Source: Acidobacteriota bacterium (GTDB taxonomy: Bacteria > Acidobacteriota > CAIWXX01). Taken from it: 64,000 bases of DNA. Shown here piece after piece: positions 59,434 to 64,000 of this stretch (its first letter is position 1; every line of letters begins with the position of its first letter). Below the pieces are notes generated by a model that searched no databases, was not told the DNA's origin, and worked only from the letters and a program-made list of their open reading frames with translations. A program made the translations under genes and the position numbers. Where the stretch lies: assembly GCA_040755995.1 (NCBI GenBank), contig JBFMAF010000035.1, positions 192,001 to 256,000 of the forward strand, written 5' to 3'.

Positions 59434-62109
59434 CTACTCCTCCACCGGCGCGAAGCGGCCCTGGAAGAAGCGCAGGTGCGGCGGCTCGTAGACGAAGCGC
59501 AGGCCCTTGATCGTGTGGCGCCGCTCGTAGAGCCGGATGATCCCGTCGGCCGTCGCCCGCAAGTGATCCTCGCTGTAGACGCGCCGCGGGATCGTCAGGC
59601 GCACCAGCTCGAGCGACGGCCGGTAGTTCTTGCCGGTTTGCGCGTCACGGCCCTTTGAAACGTTGCCCCGCTCCATCACCCGCACGCCGGTCTCGATGTA
59701 GATCTCGGCCGCCAGTCGCTGCGCCGGGTACTCATCCTGGTCGATGTGCGGCAGGAAGCGCCTCGCATCGATGAAGATCGCGTGGCTGCCCGGAGGCATC
59801 ACGATGGGGACGCCCTCATGGAGGAGCCTCCCGCCGAGATACGCGGCCTGTTCGACGCGCGATCTGATGTATCGATCATCCAGCATCTCCTTGACACCCA
59901 GAGCCATCGCGGCGAGCTCCGAGGCCGACAGCCCGCCGTCTCTCACGTTGCCCTCGTAGACCCGCAGCATCTCTTCGGCCTTCGCCTTCAGCTCCTCGTT
60001 CTCCTTGAACGCCAGGAGGCCGCCCATGTTGATCAGGAAGTCCTTCTTGCCCGAGACGGTGCAGCCGTCCCCGTAGAGCATCATCTCGCGGAGAATGTCG
60101 CGTATGCGGGTCTTGCGATACCGGGGATCGCGCTTCTGAATGAAGTATGCGTTCTCCACAGCCCTTGTCGCATCGAACAGCACCGGGATCTCCTTCGAGC
60201 TGCAGTAGGTGTACACCTCTTTCATGTTGTCCATGCTGACCGGCTGGCCTCCGGCCATATTCACCGAGTGCTCGAAAGAGATGTAAGCCACCTTGCCGGC
60301 GCCATGCTTGTCCACGACGGCGCGCAGCTTGTCCATGTCGATGTTGCCCTTCCACGGGAAATCGTTCGTCGGATCGTGCGCCGCGTCCACGATGATGTCG
60401 ATGAAGACACCTCCGGCCATTTCCTGGTGGAGCTTCGTCGTGGTGAAGTACATGTTGCCTGGGACCAGCTGGCCGGGCTTGATCATGATCTGGCTAAGAA
60501 TGTGCTCGGCCGCCCGCCCCTGGTGCGTCGGAACGACGTGCTCGTAGCCGTAGATGTCCTTGATCGCGGCCACGAAGTGCTGGTAGGCGTCGCTTGTGGC
60601 GGGAGTTGTCCGGGCGGCATCGTGGGCGGCCCACTGGTCGGTGCTCATCGCCGAGGTTCCGGAATCCGTGAGCAGGTCGATGGATACATCGGCCGACCTC
60701 AGCAAGAACGTGTTGTAGCCCGCCTCGCGAACGGCCTTCTCCCGCTGGCTCCGATTGATCTGCGCGATCCTCTCGATCGTATGAATCAAGAACGGATTGC
60801 AGTCGAATTCGAACTCGTCCAGATCCGCGAAGATCGAGCGGAAACGGAGCTGGTCGTGCCACTTGCCGGTGCCCGCCGGATCGAGCCCGGCGACCTTGTC
60901 GCGCTGCCTGTAGACGTTGATCACCGCGCGGGCGATCTGGTCGAGCTGCGCGTTGGTCAGCGCGAGCCGCGGCACCTGTATGGGCACAAGGCTGTCGCGC
61001 CCCACCAGGCCGGCGACGAGCGCGCGCACGCCCGAGGTCTGGTATAGAGCGCAGGCAAAGGCGTGCTGTGCGTAAGACCTGATTTGCGGCAGCACTTCGT
61101 CGGCCTTCACGTAGGCTCCGTCGCACCCGCGCTCGAGCGGTACGCCCGCTTCCTTCAACTTCGCCGTGAACCTCTCGGCCTGGTGCATGATCCAGTGCAC
61201 CTCCGGCTCGATGCACATCTCGTCCAGCCCCCTGGCAAGCACCTCCATGGTCCTGCCCGACATGCCTCCGTAGGTGTGCAGCCCCTCGTATACGACCACC
61301 TCGTTGATGAACTTCTCGTGGTGGGCGGGATTGTCGGTGGCGATCAGCCCGCCGGTGCTGCACCTGGCATCCTGAGCGCCGTCGAACACAAGCACGTGCG
61401 CCGTCTTGGCGATCTGCTTGACTATCTCCGCTATCGTCCGATGACCGTACGCAGGCTCGTGGCGCTGGACATACCAGGCGTTCTCCACGATCCTCGAAGC
61501 GTCCATGACCAGGCGCAGCCCGTGCCGGTCGGCGGCCGCGCGCACGGCCATCAGGTTCGCCATGCTGAACGGGTGCTGCCCATCGGCAAATGTCTGCATC
61601 CCCACGAACGCAACCCCGCCCTTCGAGAGCGTCGATTCCAGCCTGCGGACATCCACGTTGCCCGTGAACAGACTCTCCTCGTGGTCGCGAACGTCGATCA
61701 CACTGATCCCACGAGGCGACAGGTGGTCGATGCGCGTGAGCGCGTTGCTGGTGATGGCGGATCCCTTCGGCAGCATGGTCGAGGCCACGAGCTTCACGCT
61801 GCCGGTCAGATTGTGCGTCGGGCAAACGTACGTGTGCCCGAACACCCTCGTGACTACGTGCTGCAGCGTCTCGAAGTTGCGCGCGCCCGCATACGCCTCG
61901 TCGCCGATCAACTGTCCCGCCAGCTGCTCCTGGCTGTAGGCGCCGGTGCCGGTCGAGCACATGTCGAAGCTGACCTGCGACGGCGTCAGGTTGAATACGT
62001 TGAAGTGCGCGCTCGCCAGGTGCTTCTTCCGCTCTTCGAGCGCAGGGAACGCGATCAGACGGACCGTCTTTATCTTGTGAGGTTCGTGCAGAGGGATCCT
62101 GTTGCTCAT
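59434..62109 (-). CDS. Tandem-duplicated tyrosine phenol-lyase/tryptophanase-family beta-eliminating lyase (891 aa)
   Basis: Two full lyase units. N-half: EPHKIK, GDEAYAG, YEGLHTYGG. C-half: DLLTDSGT, THQGRAAE, YFTTT, SGKKD, MERG, RLTIPRRVY, LRFF. Confidence 0.92.
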   Translation of the reverse strand: MSNRIPLHEPHKIKTVRLIAFPALEERKKHLASAHFNVFNLTPSQVSFDMCSTGTGAYSQEQLAGQLIGDEAYAGARNFETLQHVVTRVFGHTYVCPTHNLTGSVKLVASTMLPKGSAITSNALTRIDHLSPRGISVIDVRDHEESLFTGNVDVRRLESTLSKGGVAFVGMQTFADGQHPFSMANLMAVRAAADRHGLRLVMDASRIVENAWYVQRHEPAYGHRTIAEIVKQIAKTAHVLVFDGAQDARCSTGGLIATDNPAHHEKFINEVVVYEGLHTYGGMSGRTMEVLARGLDEMCIEPEVHWIMHQAERFTAKLKEAGVPLERGCDGAYVKADEVLPQIRSYAQHAFACALYQTSGVRALVAGLVGRDSLVPIQVPRLALTNAQLDQIARAVINVYRQRDKVAGLDPAGTGKWHDQLRFRSIFADLDEFEFDCNPFLIHTIERIAQINRSQREKAVREAGYNTFLLRSADVSIDLLTDSGTSAMSTDQWAAHDAARTTPATSDAYQHFVAAIKDIYGYEHVVPTHQGRAAEHILSQIMIKPGQLVPGNMYFTTTKLHQEMAGGVFIDIIVDAAHDPTNDFPWKGNIDMDKLRAVVDKHGAGKVAYISFEHSVNMAGGQPVSMDNMKEVYTYCSSKEIPVLFDATRAVENAYFIQKRDPRYRKTRIRDILREMMLYGDGCTVSGKKDFLINMGGLLAFKENEELKAKAEEMLRVYEGNVRDGGLSASELAAMALGVKEMLDDRYIRSRVEQAAYLGGRLLHEGVPIVMPPGSHAIFIDARRFLPHIDQDEYPAQRLAAEIYIETGVRVMERGNVSKGRDAQTGKNYRPSLELVRLTIPRRVYSEDHLRATADGIIRLYERRHTIKGLRFVYEPPHLRFFQGRFAPVEE

Positions 62110-62215
62110 TTCTGTCTCCCTTCCTGAGACTCAGGCGGAATACTATAGACCGGCGCAGCAAGGTGGTCAAACCCGGCGAGGCGCTCCTGTCGTAGTGAGT
62201 GCAGAGCGGGCGGGC

Positions 62216-62698
62216 CTACGCCCGGCGGCCGGGCCGGATGGTGCCGCCGGCGGGCTCGTCATCTGCCAGCTGCTTCCGAACTCCCGCCAGGAGCTTTCGA
62301 TCCGAGAGGTCGGCCAGAGAGAACTCGGCTAGGACATTCCTGATCCGCTTGTTGATCAGCGACCAGATAAGCCGGCATTCACACGAATCGCTCAACATAC
62401 AAAGATCCGGATCGCCCACGCACTCGACAATACTGATCTGGCCGATCGAGGCCTCGACGATCTCTCCGATCTTGATCTTCTGCGGCTCACGAGCGAGGAA
62501 ATACCCGCCGCCGCGCCCGCTTACTGCCCTGATGAGCCCCCTGTTCTTCAGGGCGATGACAAGCTGCTCGAGGTACTTGTTCGAAATCCTGGTACGTTCA
62601 GAGATCTCCTTCAGGCTGACTGGCAGGCCGTCCTCTTGGTGCCTGGACATGTCGAGCATCATTCTCAGGGCGTATCGCGCGCGGGTCGAGAGTTTCAT
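62216..62698 (-). CDS. Rrf2-family transcriptional regulator (Cys-rich, possible Fe-S)
   Basis: MKLSTRARYALR, KYLEQL, GRGGGYFLAR, CVGDPDLCMLSDSCEC. Confidence 0.92.
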   Translation of the reverse strand: MKLSTRARYALRMMLDMSRHQEDGLPVSLKEISERTRISNKYLEQLVIALKNRGLIRAVSGRGGGYFLAREPQKIKIGEIVEASIGQISIVECVGDPDLCMLSDSCECRLIWSLINKRIRNVLAEFSLADLSDRKLLAGVRKQLADDEPAGGTIRPGRRA

Positions 62699-62748
62699 AC
62701 GGACATATATTGGCCTGAGACGCCTTGCTAATCAAGTGAGAGTGAGAG

Positions 62749-63831
62749 TCAGACAGGGCGCCCGGCCTTCCGGCGTGCAGCTACCGCACGAACAACCTCG
62801 ATCAAGAGTGTAAGCATGGTCAACGGAAGCACCACCGAAGCGGTCAGGTCCGCGATGAGCCCCAGCCGAGCGTGCCCGGTGGCGTAGCGCACGACGTAAG
62901 CAGAATAGAGGAGGTAGTAGCCGAGAAAAAGCGCGCCTTCCCACCGCGCGAACAGGCGCCCGGTTATCATGAACGGCAGGCAGATGAGTGAAACGCCGAG
63001 CAGCACGGGAAGATCGAACTGCAGGAGCTGCGGGCCGATCCGCAGACCTCCAGGCACGACCGCCGCGGACAAGCCGAGGATGGCCAGGATGTTGCTGATG
63101 TTGCTTCCGATCACGTTCCCGATGGCGATGTCGCGCTGGCCGCGGATCGTCGCCACGACCGAGGTGGCGACCTCCGGGAGCGAAGTTCCCGCGGCCACCA
63201 CGGTAAGCCCTATGATCAGGTCGCTGACGCCGACGGCCCGCGCGATTTCAACGGCGCTTCCTACCAACCACCGGGCGCCCAGCACCATGAGCGCGAGGCC
63301 GGCCGCCACCAGCCCCGAGCCCAGAAGCCAGCCGGCCCCTCTCCGTAGACGACCGCTCTCTGCATCCTTCCCAGGTCCCTCGCGCCTTCGTCCGGCACGA
63401 ATGCAGAGCAGTGAGTATGCGCCGGCGCCGCAGGCCAGCAGCAAGCCTTCGAGGCGGCTGATACGGCCGTCGAGCGAGATGCATATCAGGAGTACTGTCG
63501 CCGCGATCATGATCGGAACGTCGCGCCGGAGAAGCTGTGGGGTCACAACGAGAGGCGAAATGGTCGCGCACAGTCCCAGGATCAGAAGCGTGTTGAAGAG
63601 GTTGCTCCCGACCACGTTCGCGACCGCGATGTCGGGGTTGCCGCGGATCGCGGCCAGGACGCTCACCAGCATCTCGGGAGCGCTTGTTCCGTAAGCGACC
63701 ACCGTCAGGCCGATCACGAGCGATGAGATGCCCAGGCGCACTGCCAGCCGCGAGGCGCCACGGACAAGCGCATCCGCGCCAGCCGCGAGCAGAGCGAGGC
63801 TGAGCGCGAGAATCAGCCCCTGCATCCACAT
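62749..63831 (-). CDS. Calcium/sodium antiporter (CaCA, YrbG-like)
   Basis: Alpha repeats GTSAPE/NVVGSN and GTSLPE/GNVIGSN. Confidence 0.93.
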   Translation of the reverse strand: MWMQGLILALSLALLAAGADALVRGASRLAVRLGISSLVIGLTVVAYGTSAPEMLVSVLAAIRGNPDIAVANVVGSNLFNTLLILGLCATISPLVVTPQLLRRDVPIMIAATVLLICISLDGRISRLEGLLLACGAGAYSLLCIRAGRRREGPGKDAESGRLRRGAGWLLGSGLVAAGLALMVLGARWLVGSAVEIARAVGVSDLIIGLTVVAAGTSLPEVATSVVATIRGQRDIAIGNVIGSNISNILAILGLSAAVVPGGLRIGPQLLQFDLPVLLGVSLICLPFMITGRLFARWEGALFLGYYLLYSAYVVRYATGHARLGLIADLTASVVLPLTMLTLLIEVVRAVAARRKAGRPV

Positions 63832-64000
63832 CGCTCACCCACCTGTGGTGGCACATGATACTACACCTCTCAGCGAGGCGCGGCCTCGAAGGCCAGTCCG
63901 GTCGCGCTTCGCCTGCAGAATTCCCAGCTCCCGTGTCTCTTGGAAATCGGCGGCAGGCCTGTGCTATCCTGCCGGAGGAGAAACTTTTCGCTGATGAAGA

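Overview
GC-rich bacterial chromosomal window. Gene content and cluster style suggest Acidobacteriota, but this is an inference. It is mostly envelope, signalling and accessory genes: two orphan beta-propeller/Y_Y_Y sensor kinases, an SBP-NtrY-NtrX-like sigma54 cluster, an SPFH operon with a sigma54 promoter, an RND adaptor plus two permeases, three toxin-antitoxin-like pairs and several secreted repeat proteins. It also carries a cupredoxin/Hanks-kinase/beta-barrel module, a DUF6029-thioredoxin cluster, a Tat-signal AmmeMemoRadiSam radical SAM enzyme, pruA, tag, comM/yifB, mltD, an Rrf2 regulator and a Ca/Na antiporter. I recognised no rRNA, tRNA, CRISPR array, transposase or integrase. The most striking feature is an 891-aa tandem-duplicated tyrosine phenol-lyase/tryptophanase whose halves have degenerated in a complementary way: the N-half keeps the residues normally donated in trans and has lost the PLP lysine, and the C-half shows the reverse. 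Other points of interest are a dispersed family of hexamer-based hairpin repeats and several patches of fused gene remnants. All family assignments were made by eye from motifs, and many start codons are estimates.
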